Below are positions 9,609 to 19,650 of a DNA stretch of 64,000 bases, in pieces. The notes under the pieces are model-generated. The model searched no databases and had not been told where the DNA came from. It was given only the letters and a program-made list of their open reading frames with translations. The first letter of the stretch is position 1; each line of letters starts with the position of its first letter. This stretch comes from Trueperaceae bacterium (GTDB taxonomy: Bacteria > Deinococcota > Deinococci > Deinococcales > Trueperaceae): the NCBI GenBank assembly GCA_965215565.1, contig CBDCDZ010000004.1, forward strand, positions 3,552,001-3,616,000. Reading direction: 5' to 3'. The translations under genes and the position numbers were made by a program.

Positions 9609-10469
9609 TCAGTCGTCCCCCGGTACGCCCTGGGTTGCGTTTGCCGTGCCCGTATTATGTAGCCGCTCATCACCGACGGGCAGCGGCTCCGCCTGCTCGC
9701 CTAGCGGCTGGGGGCTCTCCAAGTACTCGAAGCTGCCTTTGCCGTCCGGTGCAGTTCCTTGCGCCCACGCGCCCTGCTGCGAGTCGTTGCCTTCTGAAAG
9801 GTTCCAGTACTGGTAGCTCACGTCCTGGTTCTCACGGCTCTGGTCGAAGTTCGAGGGCGCGATGACCTCTTCCAAACCGTCTTTTTGTAACTCTTCGATG
9901 GCGGCGAGCCACTGGTTTTGGTGCATGGTATCTCTCGCGATCATGAACTCCAAGAGCTTCTTGACGCCCGCGTCGTCGGTGGACTCGTAGATACGAATGG
10001 CTTGCAAGCGCCCTTGCGACTCGGCGGCGACGTTGGCTCTAAAATCTGCCAAGAGGTTGCCGCTGGCGATGATGTAGTTGCCGTTCCAGGGGTAGCCGAC
10101 GCTGTCAGCGGGCAGTGCGCCCGTACCGCTGGCGATGACGTGCTTAGGGTTCATCGCGGCGGCTTGCGCGGGCGACACGCCCGGCATGACCGAGTTCGCC
10201 TCGTCCGGGTTGAGAGGCGCACCGTCTAAAAGCTTTGAGACCATGACCGAGAGCATCTCGACGTGCGACATCTCCTCCGCGCCGATGTCCATGATCATGT
10301 CCTGGTACTTCTTGCTGGCGCGGCAGTTCCAGCCCTGGAACAGGTACTGCATCGCCACGCTCATTTCGCCGTAGGGTCCGCCGATGAGTTCTTGCATCTT
10401 CTTGGCTAAAAGCGGGTCGGGACGGCTCGGTTCTGCGCCAAACTGCAACTTTTTAACATGAAAAAACAT
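9609..10469 (-). CDS. Manganese catalase family protein
   Basis: GGPYGEMS..MQY, EEMSHVEM, AAESQGR and ARDTMHQNQW motifs. AAGGGGAG SD before ATG 10469. Confidence 0.93.
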   Translation of the reverse strand: MFFHVKKLQFGAEPSRPDPLLAKKMQELIGGPYGEMSVAMQYLFQGWNCRASKKYQDMIMDIGAEEMSHVEMLSVMVSKLLDGAPLNPDEANSVMPGVSPAQAAAMNPKHVIASGTGALPADSVGYPWNGNYIIASGNLLADFRANVAAESQGRLQAIRIYESTDDAGVKKLLEFMIARDTMHQNQWLAAIEELQKDGLEEVIAPSNFDQSRENQDVSYQYWNLSEGNDSQQGAWAQGTAPDGKGSFEYLESPQPLGEQAEPLPVGDERLHNTGTANATQGVPGDD

Positions 10470-10707
10470 ACTACTCCCCCTTAAAGATGTAGATATAGAC
10501 ACGTTTTTGTGTTCTTGTGCCCTAACTAGCAGCATAGGTGAGTGAAGGATATGCGTGTGTAGATTGTCACACCATGTTTAGTGCAACTAGACCGGCTCTG
10601 CTATGAACCGTGTGATGGTCGGTGGCTCGGGTCCGTCCCAACGCAAAAACCCTCAAAGGGGTTTTGTAAGATAGGTCAGGAGGCGTCTTCACCGCGTAGA
10701 CTAGAGC

Positions 10708-11130
10708 ATGGCGATACTCACCGATATAGACAAGGTTGTGCGCGTGCTCCGCGAGAGCGAGACGGTAGCGGTTTTAGGCGCAAACGTGCGCGAGAGCAAA
10801 GCGGCGCACTACGTCCCTAAGTACCTCTACGGCGAAGGCTACACGATTTACCCGGTCAACCCCGTACACGAGGGAAAGACGCTCTTCGGCGAGCCCTTTT
10901 GCGGCAGCTTGCGCGATCTGCAAAAACCGATTGACGTGGTGGACGTCTTTCGCCGCAGCGATAACCTACCCGAGCATGTCGAAGATATCTTGGCGATGGA
11001 GCCGCGCCCGAAAGTCGTCTGGTTTCAGTCGGGTATCCGTCACGATGAGGTTGCAGAGCAGCTTTCAGACGCTGGGATTGACGTGATTCAGAGCCGCTGT
11101 ATGTTGGCGGATCACCAAAGGTTGCTGTAG
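10708..11130 (+). CDS. CoA-binding protein (YccU-like)
   Basis: VAVLGA, IYPVNP, DVVDVFR and VWFQSG motifs. Confidence 0.9.
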   Translation: MAILTDIDKVVRVLRESETVAVLGANVRESKAAHYVPKYLYGEGYTIYPVNPVHEGKTLFGEPFCGSLRDLQKPIDVVDVFRRSDNLPEHVEDILAMEPRPKVVWFQSGIRHDEVAEQLSDAGIDVIQSRCMLADHQRLL

Positions 11131-11136
11131 ATTACC

Positions 11137-11985
11137 GTGACGGCACCTTTGACTTTAGGATATTCACCTTGCCCGAACGACTGCTTTATCTTCTACGGAC
11201 TAGCGCACGGCAAGGTCGCTCCTGACGTTGACTGGCAGGTGAGGCTAAGGGACGTCGAAGCGCTCAATCAGTTGGCGCGAAAGGGCGCGTTAGACGTCAC
11301 CAAAATCAGCTACCACGCCTACGGGCACCTCACGGACGATTATGTGATGCTGCGTAGCGGCGGCGCGCTCGGCAAGGGCGTCGGACCGCTCCTCGTGACG
11401 AAAGAGGTCTTGGATGACCTCTCAGGTAAGCGCGTCGCCATCCCCGGCGGGCTCACCACCGCGAACCTCTTGCTCAAGCTCTCGCAACCTGACAATATTG
11501 AAACTGTAGACCTTCGCTACGACAAGATCATGCCCGCAGTCGCGGCGGGCGAGGTGGACGCGGGGCTCATCATCCACGAGTCGCGCTTTACGTATGTGAA
11601 CTACGGCTTGCAGAAGCATCTCGACTTGGGCGAATGGTGGGAACAGGAGACGGGTTTGCCTTTACCGCTTGGCGGCATCATGGCGCGGCGCTCTTTGGGC
11701 GAGAAGAGGTTGGCGCATATCCAAGAGGTCATTCGGGACAGTTTGCGCTACAGCTACCGTCACCGCGAAGAGGCGCAGCCCTACATCGCGGCGCACGCGC
11801 AGGAGATGTCGGAAGAGGTCATGCAGCGGCACATTGACCTCTATGTAAACGATTATTCATTAGATGTTGGCGAAACGGGTGAGCAGGCGGTGCGGACCTT
11901 GCTGGAACGCGCGAAAGGAAGAGGTCTCGTACCGGAGCCCAAAGAACCTCTTTTCCTCACCCTAGAGACAGCTCCCGCTTCATGA
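11137..11985 (+). CDS. mqnD: 1,4-dihydroxy-6-naphthoate synthase (futalosine pathway)
   Basis: GYSPCPNDCFIF, DVEALN, GALGKGVGP, IIHESRFTY and PLPLGG motifs. Confidence 0.92.
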   Translation: MTAPLTLGYSPCPNDCFIFYGLAHGKVAPDVDWQVRLRDVEALNQLARKGALDVTKISYHAYGHLTDDYVMLRSGGALGKGVGPLLVTKEVLDDLSGKRVAIPGGLTTANLLLKLSQPDNIETVDLRYDKIMPAVAAGEVDAGLIIHESRFTYVNYGLQKHLDLGEWWEQETGLPLPLGGIMARRSLGEKRLAHIQEVIRDSLRYSYRHREEAQPYIAAHAQEMSEEVMQRHIDLYVNDYSLDVGETGEQAVRTLLERAKGRGLVPEPKEPLFLTLETAPAS

Positions 11986-12524
11986 TTCAGGAGATGTGGG
12001 CGGCGGCGTCGGCTCCGCGCCGGTTTTTTACGTGGTTAGAGCCTCGAGACGCTCGTATTTTGAGAGCCTTTACCGTAGCGCTTTTCTCCTACCTCGTCTA
12101 CGCGCTGGCGCTAGCGCTGGCGTTTGTCCGCTCGAGCGACTCGAACGCCTACTTGCCCATCTTCGCGCTCGCTTTAGGCGTCGGCGCGCTGCAGTTCCTC
12201 TTCTTCTGGGGCTTGGGCGGCGTCTCACTGCAACGCCCTGGCTCGCTCGACGTGCGGGCGTGGGAAGTGGCGGGCTGGAGTTGGACGCCCGCGTTCTTCG
12301 TCGGCGTCTCGATGTTGCCCGCGCTCTTAGTCGTTCCCACAGTGGGCCTTGTGCTGAGCGTCGGCTTTCTGCTCGTGTGGCACCTTGCGGTGCTCCGCTA
12401 CGGTCTGCAAGTTTTTTTAGAGCGGGCAGTCTGGCGCATCGTGACGGTCTACGCGCTGCTCGTCATCGTTTTGCCGCTCGGTATCTTTGTGGGGATTCAG
12501 GTTGTCTTCTCGAGGCTGACCTGA
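11982..12524 (+). CDS. Hypothetical multi-pass membrane protein (Yip1-like)
   Basis: About five TM segments; ATGA overlap with the mqnD stop. Confidence 0.7.
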   Translation: MIQEMWAAASAPRRFFTWLEPRDARILRAFTVALFSYLVYALALALAFVRSSDSNAYLPIFALALGVGALQFLFFWGLGGVSLQRPGSLDVRAWEVAGWSWTPAFFVGVSMLPALLVVPTVGLVLSVGFLLVWHLAVLRYGLQVFLERAVWRIVTVYALLVIVLPLGIFVGIQVVFSRLT

Positions 12525-12534
12525 GCCCCGTTCC

Positions 12535-12723
12535 CTAACCTTTGCCTTTCGCCTCATCCTCTTCTTGCGTCTCCCGCATATCTTCGCGGATATCCTCTTC
12601 GCTCACGCCCGCGACGTCCTCTAGAGTTTCGTCATTCTCCAACACCTTATCCTGCGCCCCGTAGCCGCTCTCGAAAGTGAGTTCGTGGTCGTCATCTTGA
12701 TTGTTCTGCCTATCGTCGTTCAT
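12535..12723 (-). CDS. Small acidic hydrophilic protein
   Basis: 62 aa, strongly D/E-rich; AGAGGT SD upstream. Confidence 0.6.
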   Translation of the reverse strand: MNDDRQNNQDDDHELTFESGYGAQDKVLENDETLEDVAGVSEEDIREDMRETQEEDEAKGKG

Positions 12724-12819
12724 CTTGCACCTCTTTAGGGTCTTCTCAGTTTCGTTCAGTCTGCTCTAAATTTCGGCGGCTCACCGTGACGCTAGCATAA
12801 AAGGGGAGAGGTTGAGCGC

Positions 12820-14085
12820 TCATCCGGCCGGTTCAGAGCGCTTTGGCGGCGTCGCCAACATGAAAAAGACCGAGCCAAGTGCGGCGAGCGAGGCGAGCAC
12901 CGTGAAACCGACGTGGTAGCTGCCGAAGAGGTCGGCGAAACTGCCCGCGATTACCGGACCGCCCACCATCCCCACCGTGATGATCGGCGAGGAGAGCCCC
13001 ATAATCTGCCCGAAGTGGGTGCGCCCAAAGTAGTCCGCGCGTAAAGACTGCATGACCGGGCCGCGCAGCCCCCAAGCGAGCCCGTGCGTGACCGCGAAGG
13101 CGATGACCCAGGGAAGCCCTGTGCCGTAGGTTAGCATGAGCAGTCCGCCCGCATGACCGAACATCGCGGCGGTAGCGATGAAGCGTTTGTCGAACTTGTC
13201 ACCTAAAACGCCGCCGATAAGCTGCCCGGCGACGCTCATCGAGGTCATGACCGTAACCATCGTCGCCGCGAGCGTGAGCGAAAAGCCGTAGTCGTTCGTG
13301 AGGAACACGACGAGGTGCGCGAGCACGGCGAAGACAACGCCGAGCGCCAAGGAGTGACCGAACGAGATGAACCAGAAGGCGCGGGTGCGCACGGCTTCAC
13401 GCGCGGTGAAGTCGCGCTCTTGAGGGTCAGCGTCCGGGTTCTGCGGCGGCAAGCCGCCGTCGGGCTCTAAGTCCATCTCTTCTGGGGTGTTGCGCAAAAT
13501 GTAGGTCAGCGGAATGCCAATGATGAGGACCAACGCACTCGAGCCCAGCGCCGAAGCCCGCCAGCCGTAGGTCTCTAGCGCCCACGCGACGATAGGGACG
13601 ACCAAACCGCCCAGTGCAATGCCGGTCTGCACGAACGCCAACGCCAGTGAGCGCCAGCGCCGAAACCACTGCACGACAACGGTGTTGAGCGGCAAAAAAC
13701 CCGACAAACTCGCGCCCAAAGCGATGACGCAGACTGCGCCGTAAAAGTGCGCGAGCGTCTGAATTTGACTGAGCAAGGCGACGCCGACGGCGAAGATGAT
13801 GAGCCCGACGCGGATGACCCCCCTCGAGCCGAAGCGCCCCAAAAGCCAGCCGATGACCGGACCCAGCAAGCCGCCGCCTGCCTGCTGAATGCCGAACGCC
13901 ACCGAAAACGCCGTTTTGCTCCAGCCGAACTCGGGAGCCATCACCGCGAAGTACGCGCCAAAAGACTGCAAGGTAAAACTTGCGGTTAAGAATTGGGTGG
14001 CGACGCTTCCAGCTAAAACCCACCAGCCGTAAAAGACGCCCTGCGCCCACGTTTTGGTTTTTCCTAAGGTTCGTAGCCCTAACAC
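12820..14085 (-). CDS. MFS transporter (OFA/MCT-like)
   Basis: FYGWWV, GWLLGRFGSR, GDKFDKR and ADYFGRTHFG motifs; about 12 TM segments. Confidence 0.9.
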   Translation of the reverse strand: MLGLRTLGKTKTWAQGVFYGWWVLAGSVATQFLTASFTLQSFGAYFAVMAPEFGWSKTAFSVAFGIQQAGGGLLGPVIGWLLGRFGSRGVIRVGLIIFAVGVALLSQIQTLAHFYGAVCVIALGASLSGFLPLNTVVVQWFRRWRSLALAFVQTGIALGGLVVPIVAWALETYGWRASALGSSALVLIIGIPLTYILRNTPEEMDLEPDGGLPPQNPDADPQERDFTAREAVRTRAFWFISFGHSLALGVVFAVLAHLVVFLTNDYGFSLTLAATMVTVMTSMSVAGQLIGGVLGDKFDKRFIATAAMFGHAGGLLMLTYGTGLPWVIAFAVTHGLAWGLRGPVMQSLRADYFGRTHFGQIMGLSSPIITVGMVGGPVIAGSFADLFGSYHVGFTVLASLAALGSVFFMLATPPKRSEPAG

Positions 14086-14180
14086 GCGCGTTCCGCCGAC
14101 ATCGACATGAGAACTAGCCTACCTCACGTTCGTCAGAGGCAATGATGGACTGCGTACAAGAGGTCGAGGTAGCACATTTT

Positions 14181-14270
14181 TAGAGGCGGGTCTGGGACCC
14201 GCCTCTACTCAGGGTTACGTTTTATGCTCGTTCGAACATGGCGCTTAGAGGTGATTCATGAATCACCCCT
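14181..14270. repeat. Pair of REP-like palindromes
   Basis: TAGAGGCGGGTC-TGG-GACCCGCCTCTAC (14181-14208, GTAG end on minus strand) and AGAGGTGATTCATGAATCACCCCT (14247-14270). Confidence 0.6.
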
Positions 14271-14279
14271 TCTGTGACC

Positions 14280-16880
14280 TCAATGGTCGTGGTCGTGAAT
14301 CTCCGGCTTCACGACGAAAAAGCCTCTATCGATGTCGCTCAAGATGACGATATCGTCGAAGTAGGGGTAGTTGCTCCAGACGCCGCTGAAGGCTGCCTCT
14401 GCGATGCAGGCCTGCTCTAACGGATTGGCTTCGGGGTGATGAAGCGTTTCCAAGCTCTGCGTCTCAGCGCCACCTGCGGCGCACGACTGTGTGCTCAACT
14501 CGGCGTCGTGATCGTGGTCCCCGTGGTCGTGATCGGGGTTGTCGCCGTCATCCTCGGGGTAGGTGTCGAAGTAGGCGATTTCCTCAATAGCCTCTATGTT
14601 GGTGAGGTCCACGATGCGCAAGCCGCTCGTGTAGTTCGCCTGGTATGCGTAGTCGCCTAGCGTATAGGTGTTGTGCCCGATGGCGTCACGCGGGTTCTTA
14701 AAGGTGCCTAAGAGCGTGGGGTTATCCAGGTCGCGCACGTCCCAGATGTAGGTCGAGGTGTCGATGCCGTTGTCCAACTCGTCAAGCTCGTCGTTAAAGA
14801 GGAAGTAGGCGTGGTCTTCGGTCAGCCAGCCTTGGTGCGCGTAACCCGCGCTCTCGTATTCGGTCCGCGCGACCTGCACGACGTTGTCCTTGTCGGTGAC
14901 GTCGGCGACGCCCAAGTAGTCGGCGCTGCCCTCGTTGATCTGTCCGTCCGAGGTGAGGCAGATTTCTCTATTCTGATAATCCTCGTCCGGTCCTTCGTAG
15001 ATGACGCACTGCGCGTCGTGGACGTAGACGTCGGTGGGATACGCTTCGCCTGCGCTCTCGCCCTCGGGCACGCCGCCCGCGAAGCAGCCCGCGAATTCGG
15101 GAGAGGTCGGCGTTGAGATGTCCAGCATCAGCAGACCGCCGAAGCAAACCTGCTCGTACTGCTCTTCAGTTGCGCCAACCGCGTATGCATACCCTGTTTC
15201 TTCGTCTATGACGATGTTGTGCGCGTTGCCGAAACCGTCGTAATGTGCAGTTTCCTCGAACGTTTGCGGGCTCGAGACAGAACGAAGCTGCGTGAGATCG
15301 AAAATCTGCATCCCGTGACCGTCGGCTTCGCTCACCACAAAGGCGTGATTTTTGTAGACCTTGATGTCGCGCCAAACGTTGCCCGAGCCCTCGGGGTTAT
15401 AGCTCGGCAAAAGCCCCAAATACTCCGGCTCGCTCGGGTTGCTCACGTCTACAAAGGCGACGCCCGTGGTCGTACCCATCATGGCGATGTCAATTCCTGT
15501 CTCCGGGTCGGTCCAGCCCCAGGCGTCGTTGCCCGAGCCGTCCGGCGTGCCGATAGTGGCGAGGGGCAAGTAGGCTAGGAGTTCCACGTCGTGCTGGTCG
15601 AAAGGAGCGAGCATGAGGTCGAGTGTGACCTCCCTCGCCGCGTCGCCGCCGCTCGCGGTGACGGTGAGCGTCCGCTCCCCTAAGTCGGCTCCCTCGGAGA
15701 CTTCGACAGGCAACACGCCCAGCTCGGCGTCCGCATCTATTGTGACAGTTTCTGCCGAAAGTCCGTCCGCGCCCTCGGCGCTAAGCTCGATCTCGCCCTG
15801 GAAGTCGGCGAGCCGCTTGACGTTGAAAACGAGCGCCTCCGTCGTCCCCGGTACGAGCGTGCTGACGTTGCTGCCGCCCGGTGTGAGGTAGAGCGCGGGG
15901 TCGGGCTTCTCGTCCACCGCGTCAAAGGTGAGCGCCCAAGCGTTAAGCGTACCCGTGTCGGGCGTATCCACGTCGTCGCGTACCGAGAGCGTCCAGGTGC
16001 CCGCGAGCGCCTCGCCGTAGAAGAACTCCAGGGGCTCGAGCGGTCTATATTCAGCTTCGGGGAACGCTTCGATATCCGCTTCCGGGTCATAGGCGACGTC
16101 GTCTTGGCTCAGCTCGGCGCTGTCGGTCAGCGTCGTCTTGATGTCCCGGTCGTCGGAGAACGGTTTTTCGACGAGGGTGATGACGGTGCCGGTCTCTTCA
16201 TGCTCTAGAGTAATAACCAGGTCGAAAACGAAGGGGTGCGCGATATCGAGCGTCACGCTGAGGTCGGTCAAGTAGCGCGGATCGTCGATCTGGATGGAGT
16301 CGCTGACCGTGTCGTCTTGGACAGTCGCGAGACCGGGCGCACTTTCGAACGTGACCTCTTGACCCTCACCTTCCCCGTCACCGTTATCACCGTCGTCACC
16401 CTCACCGGGGGGGATAAGTACCGCGTCGATCACGTGAATAATGCCGTCTAACGCAAGGATGTTCGCTTGAACGACCTCGACTTCGCCGTTTAAGATGACC
16501 GCGCCGTCCTCCACCGAGATATCTATCTCGCTACCTTCTAGCGTCTCGATGCTCTCCCCGTCTAACGCAATGAGGTCTTCGGCGGTGTATCCCTCGGGCG
16601 CGAGGTGGTAGCGCAGAATCTGGCGGAGCCTTTCGGGTTCGACGTTGCCGACCTCCTCAAAGAGCGCCTCAAACGCCGCGTCGGTCGGCGCAAAGATGGT
16701 GAACGTGCCGCTCTGTAAAGACTGCAGTTCGCCCTCTTCTAAAAGCGAACTCAGGGTGCCGAAACGCCCGTCGTTTTGCAGCGTCTCCGTGACGGAAGCC
16801 GCGTCATCCTGCTGGCAGCCAACGAACAGTAGCGTGATAAGAGTAAAGCCGCTCAGCAGCCTACTTACAAAATATTTCAT
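14280..16880 (-). CDS. Lipoprotein: fasciclin + proprotein-convertase P domain + choice-of-anchor B/LVIVD beta-propeller
   Basis: LFVGC lipobox; FTIFAPTDAAF and GIIHVIDAVL (FAS1); HPFVFDLVITL...GTWTLSVRD...GTLNAWAL (P domain); NDAWGW, WRDIK, AHN, YVHDAQC, YAHQGW, ANYTSGLR and WSNYPYF (choice-of-anchor B). Confidence 0.85.
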   Translation of the reverse strand: MKYFVSRLLSGFTLITLLFVGCQQDDAASVTETLQNDGRFGTLSSLLEEGELQSLQSGTFTIFAPTDAAFEALFEEVGNVEPERLRQILRYHLAPEGYTAEDLIALDGESIETLEGSEIDISVEDGAVILNGEVEVVQANILALDGIIHVIDAVLIPPGEGDDGDNGDGEGEGQEVTFESAPGLATVQDDTVSDSIQIDDPRYLTDLSVTLDIAHPFVFDLVITLEHEETGTVITLVEKPFSDDRDIKTTLTDSAELSQDDVAYDPEADIEAFPEAEYRPLEPLEFFYGEALAGTWTLSVRDDVDTPDTGTLNAWALTFDAVDEKPDPALYLTPGGSNVSTLVPGTTEALVFNVKRLADFQGEIELSAEGADGLSAETVTIDADAELGVLPVEVSEGADLGERTLTVTASGGDAAREVTLDLMLAPFDQHDVELLAYLPLATIGTPDGSGNDAWGWTDPETGIDIAMMGTTTGVAFVDVSNPSEPEYLGLLPSYNPEGSGNVWRDIKVYKNHAFVVSEADGHGMQIFDLTQLRSVSSPQTFEETAHYDGFGNAHNIVIDEETGYAYAVGATEEQYEQVCFGGLLMLDISTPTSPEFAGCFAGGVPEGESAGEAYPTDVYVHDAQCVIYEGPDEDYQNREICLTSDGQINEGSADYLGVADVTDKDNVVQVARTEYESAGYAHQGWLTEDHAYFLFNDELDELDNGIDTSTYIWDVRDLDNPTLLGTFKNPRDAIGHNTYTLGDYAYQANYTSGLRIVDLTNIEAIEEIAYFDTYPEDDGDNPDHDHGDHDHDAELSTQSCAAGGAETQSLETLHHPEANPLEQACIAEAAFSGVWSNYPYFDDIVILSDIDRGFFVVKPEIHDHDH

Positions 16881-17146
16881 CTTAATTCCTTCTCTGAATG
16901 GAACGAAAACGTAAGCCGAGGCGAACGGTTGCCCTCAGCTCGAGCGTGCGAGTCTTCCCCTCTTCAAGGCGCAATACATAGAGAGATGAGATGTGGTCCT
17001 ATTGTAATGAACACTTAATGATAGAAGGTGAGAAGGCGCGTATGCGCCCAAGAATTTCACAGGTTCTATAGACCCTATAGGCGTGCTGGCTTCAGAGGAG
17101 ACAGCTTAGGAACGCCCTGGCGCTACACGGTTCACTGCGCCCGAAC

Positions 17147-17737
17147 CTATCTCGAGCGCGGCAGGTACTTCTCCCAAATCGGATCGATGCTCGGCAAGAT
17201 GCCGTACGCCGAGGAGAACATAAAGCGCGGCGCGTAGGGTTTGCGCTTGAGGGCCATCTTCGCCTCTTCGGGCGTGCGGTCGCGTTTTTTCGCGTTGCAG
17301 CGGTGGCAGCACGCCACCACGTTCTCCCAACTCGTGCCGCCGCCCCGACTGCGCGGCAGCACGTGGTCGAGCGTGAGGTCGCTGCTCTTCTCGAAGCAAT
17401 ACTGGCAGGTGTGATCGTCGCGGCGAAAGACGTTTTTGCGGTTAAACGCGACGCGGTGACGCGGCGGACGCTTCACGTACTTCTTGAGGCGAATCACGCT
17501 CGGCACCACGAAAATTTGGCTGGGCGAGCGCAGCACGCGCGCGCTGTCCTCGACGCGCTCCGCCACCTCGTGCATGAGGAGCGCCACCGCCCTTTTGACC
17601 GAGCACACGTGCAGCGGCTCGTACGACGCATTGAGAATCAGCACCCGCGTCGCGTTGACGTTCGCGATGGGGCTGAGGGCGTCCAAGTCCTCGTCGTAGG
17701 CGAAGGGGTCGAGCGCGTGGATGTGCTCCAAATCCAT
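17147..17737 (-). CDS. HNH endonuclease (McrA-like)
   Basis: VLILNASYEPL, PSVIRL, RDDHTCQYC, TLDHVLPRSRGG and WENVVACCHRCNAKK. Confidence 0.9.
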   Translation of the reverse strand: MDLEHIHALDPFAYDEDLDALSPIANVNATRVLILNASYEPLHVCSVKRAVALLMHEVAERVEDSARVLRSPSQIFVVPSVIRLKKYVKRPPRHRVAFNRKNVFRRDDHTCQYCFEKSSDLTLDHVLPRSRGGGTSWENVVACCHRCNAKKRDRTPEEAKMALKRKPYAPRFMFSSAYGILPSIDPIWEKYLPRSR

Positions 17738-17971
17738 GTTGTCCAGATCGTTCGCGGCGGCGGTGCCTCCTAAGTTGGATATAAGCCCAGTATAACCTAA
17801 AAATCTTCAGGTGAATATCAGGGGGAGGTGAGGAATACATGAAGAGGTCGTCAGGGTGACGGTCTTCGGTACAGGTTTGAACAGGAGCTTCCACGCTTGC
17901 ACATTAAGCTCGAGGCTTGATTTCAGTAACTGAGCGCAGTCTCGAGCACTTGAAACGTGAGACCGCTAAGA

Positions 17972-18173
17972 TATAGCAGGTATCATCTGGTCAGCTTGGG
18001 CGAAGCCATTCCCGGAGGGAAACTTCGTAAGCGAAGCAACGCTCTCACTAAAAAGAACATCGCCTAGCACGCACGTTCGGGGATGAAATCCCGCTATTGC
18101 TGCGCAATGAGATTTGCGGAGAAGCGTTGCTCCGCATAACTACGTTCAAGCAATGATAAGTGGAACTGCTAAT
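17972..18173 (-). mobile_element. MITE-like element with four micro-insertions (202 bp)
   Basis: TATAGCAGGTATCATCTGG...CTCTCAC...TAGCACGCAC...GGAACTGCTAAT. 115-bp core plus inserts of about 21, 21, 24 and 21 nt. Confidence 0.8.
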
Positions 18174-18223
18174 AGTCGTGCCGGTCAAAGCGTTACCTCT
18201 AGCTCGCGGCACCCTCCAATAGA

Positions 18224-18338
18224 TGTAGCACTTCCAAGATATACTGAGACGGAGTGACGCAGATATCATCTCCTAATGTGCGTGATAGACGGCGCTTTTC
18301 AAAGTGAGAGTGTCTCTGACCAGATGATACCTGCTAAT
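18224..18338 (+). mobile_element. MITE-like element, insertion-free 115-bp copy
   Basis: TGTAGCACTTCCAAGA...GCAGATATCATC...AATGTGCGTG...GTGAGAG...CCAGATGATACCTGCTAAT. Confidence 0.8.
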
Positions 18339-18445
18339 GGATACCACCGCGACTTAGCTGCGTCGCCCAACAGTAAAGACGGCTGCTTACGTGGCAGCCG
18401 TCTCGAGTGACTCCTTCTGAATTGCTTCTAAGGGTAAATAGCGCG

Positions 18446-19336
18446 TTACCAACCCCTCGCCGCCAAAAGCTCCTCTTCTTTCAGGTCAGGAATATTAATC
18501 CCCACCATCGCCTCGCCCAAGTCGCGCGAGACTTCCGCCAAGATGTCGGGGTTGTCGTAGTGCGTCACCGCCTTGACGATGGCTTGTCCGCGCTTGACCG
18601 GATCGCCCGACTTGAAAATACCCGAGCCAACGAACACGCCGTCCACGCCGAGTTGCATCATCAAAGCGGCGTCGGCGGGCGTGGCGACGCCCCCAGCGGC
18701 GAAGTTCACAACAGGCAAGCTGCCGTTTTCGTGGATGTACACGACGAGTTCATAAGGTGCTTTGAGGTCTCTGGCGGTGGTCATCAACTCTTCGCGGGGC
18801 AGGTTCTGAATGCGGCGAATCTCGCCCATGATGGTGCGGGCGTGGCGCACCGCCTCGACGACGTTGCCCGTGCCCGCTTCACCCTTCGTGCGAATCATCG
18901 ACGCGCCCTCCCCGATGCGGCGAAGCGCTTCGCCCAAGTCTTTCGCACCGCACACAAAGGGCACGGTGAAAGCGTGCTTGTCGATGTGGAAGCTCTCGTC
19001 GGCGGGCGTCAACACTTCGGACTCGTCGATGAAGTCCGCGCCAAGCGCCTGCAAAATCTGCGCCTCGACGAAGTGCCCGATGCGCGCTTTCGCCATGACT
19101 GGAATCGAGACCGCCCCCAAAATTCCCTCGATCATGCTCGGGTCAGACATCCGCGCGACGCCGCCCTGGGCGCGGATGTCGGCAGGCACGCGCTCTAACG
19201 CCATCACCGCCGTCGCGCCCGCATCTTCGGCGATGCGCGCTTGCTCCGGGTCAATCACGTCCATGATGACGCCGCCCTTAAACATCTCGGCGAAGCCGGT
19301 TTTGATTCTCAGTGAGCCGATCATGGTTTCTGGCAT
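18446..19336 (-). CDS. pdxS: Pyridoxal 5'-phosphate synthase lyase subunit
   Basis: [29 protein letters not shown] and [19 protein letters not shown]. Confidence 0.97.
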   Translation of the reverse strand: MPETMIGSLRIKTGFAEMFKGGVIMDVIDPEQARIAEDAGATAVMALERVPADIRAQGGVARMSDPSMIEGILGAVSIPVMAKARIGHFVEAQILQALGADFIDESEVLTPADESFHIDKHAFTVPFVCGAKDLGEALRRIGEGASMIRTKGEAGTGNVVEAVRHARTIMGEIRRIQNLPREELMTTARDLKAPYELVVYIHENGSLPVVNFAAGGVATPADAALMMQLGVDGVFVGSGIFKSGDPVKRGQAIVKAVTHYDNPDILAEVSRDLGEAMVGINIPDLKEEELLAARGW

Positions 19337-19650
19337 GGTGTTCCTCCGCAGGGTTCTCTGGTTCTATAGTCTACATCGCTATGGAAAGCGTGTTCGGCTC
19401 TAAAAGGTTAGCCGTTGAGTAAAGACGTTTCATTATACTCCGCGAGGTTCCGCTTTGCAGGTATTCGAGGTCTCTTTTAGATTAGATTGGCGCTCTTTAG
19501 AGGTCTTTCGGGACTAGGTTGAACACATGCACGCACTTGAGCACCCTTTTCATCTCGAAATATAGTGTTACGCGCGTGCGCTACGTTTCCCTCGAGGTTC
19601 GCTGTGACGTTTTCGGCGTCCGAGCGGCGCGGCTCGTCTATGCTGTTCTC

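Noticed and set aside
17147..18338. HNH gene plus neighbouring repeats as an RNA-guided nuclease system
   Set aside because: The protein is a common short McrA-like HNH without RuvC or PLMP features, and the same repeats occur beside unrelated genes.
18446..19336. pdxS without an adjacent pdxT
   Set aside because: pdxT may lie elsewhere in the genome; this cannot be judged from the window.
18407..19403. Long plus-strand ORFs antisense to pdxS, and similar shadow ORFs elsewhere
   Set aside because: Expected antisense shadows of GC-rich coding sequence.
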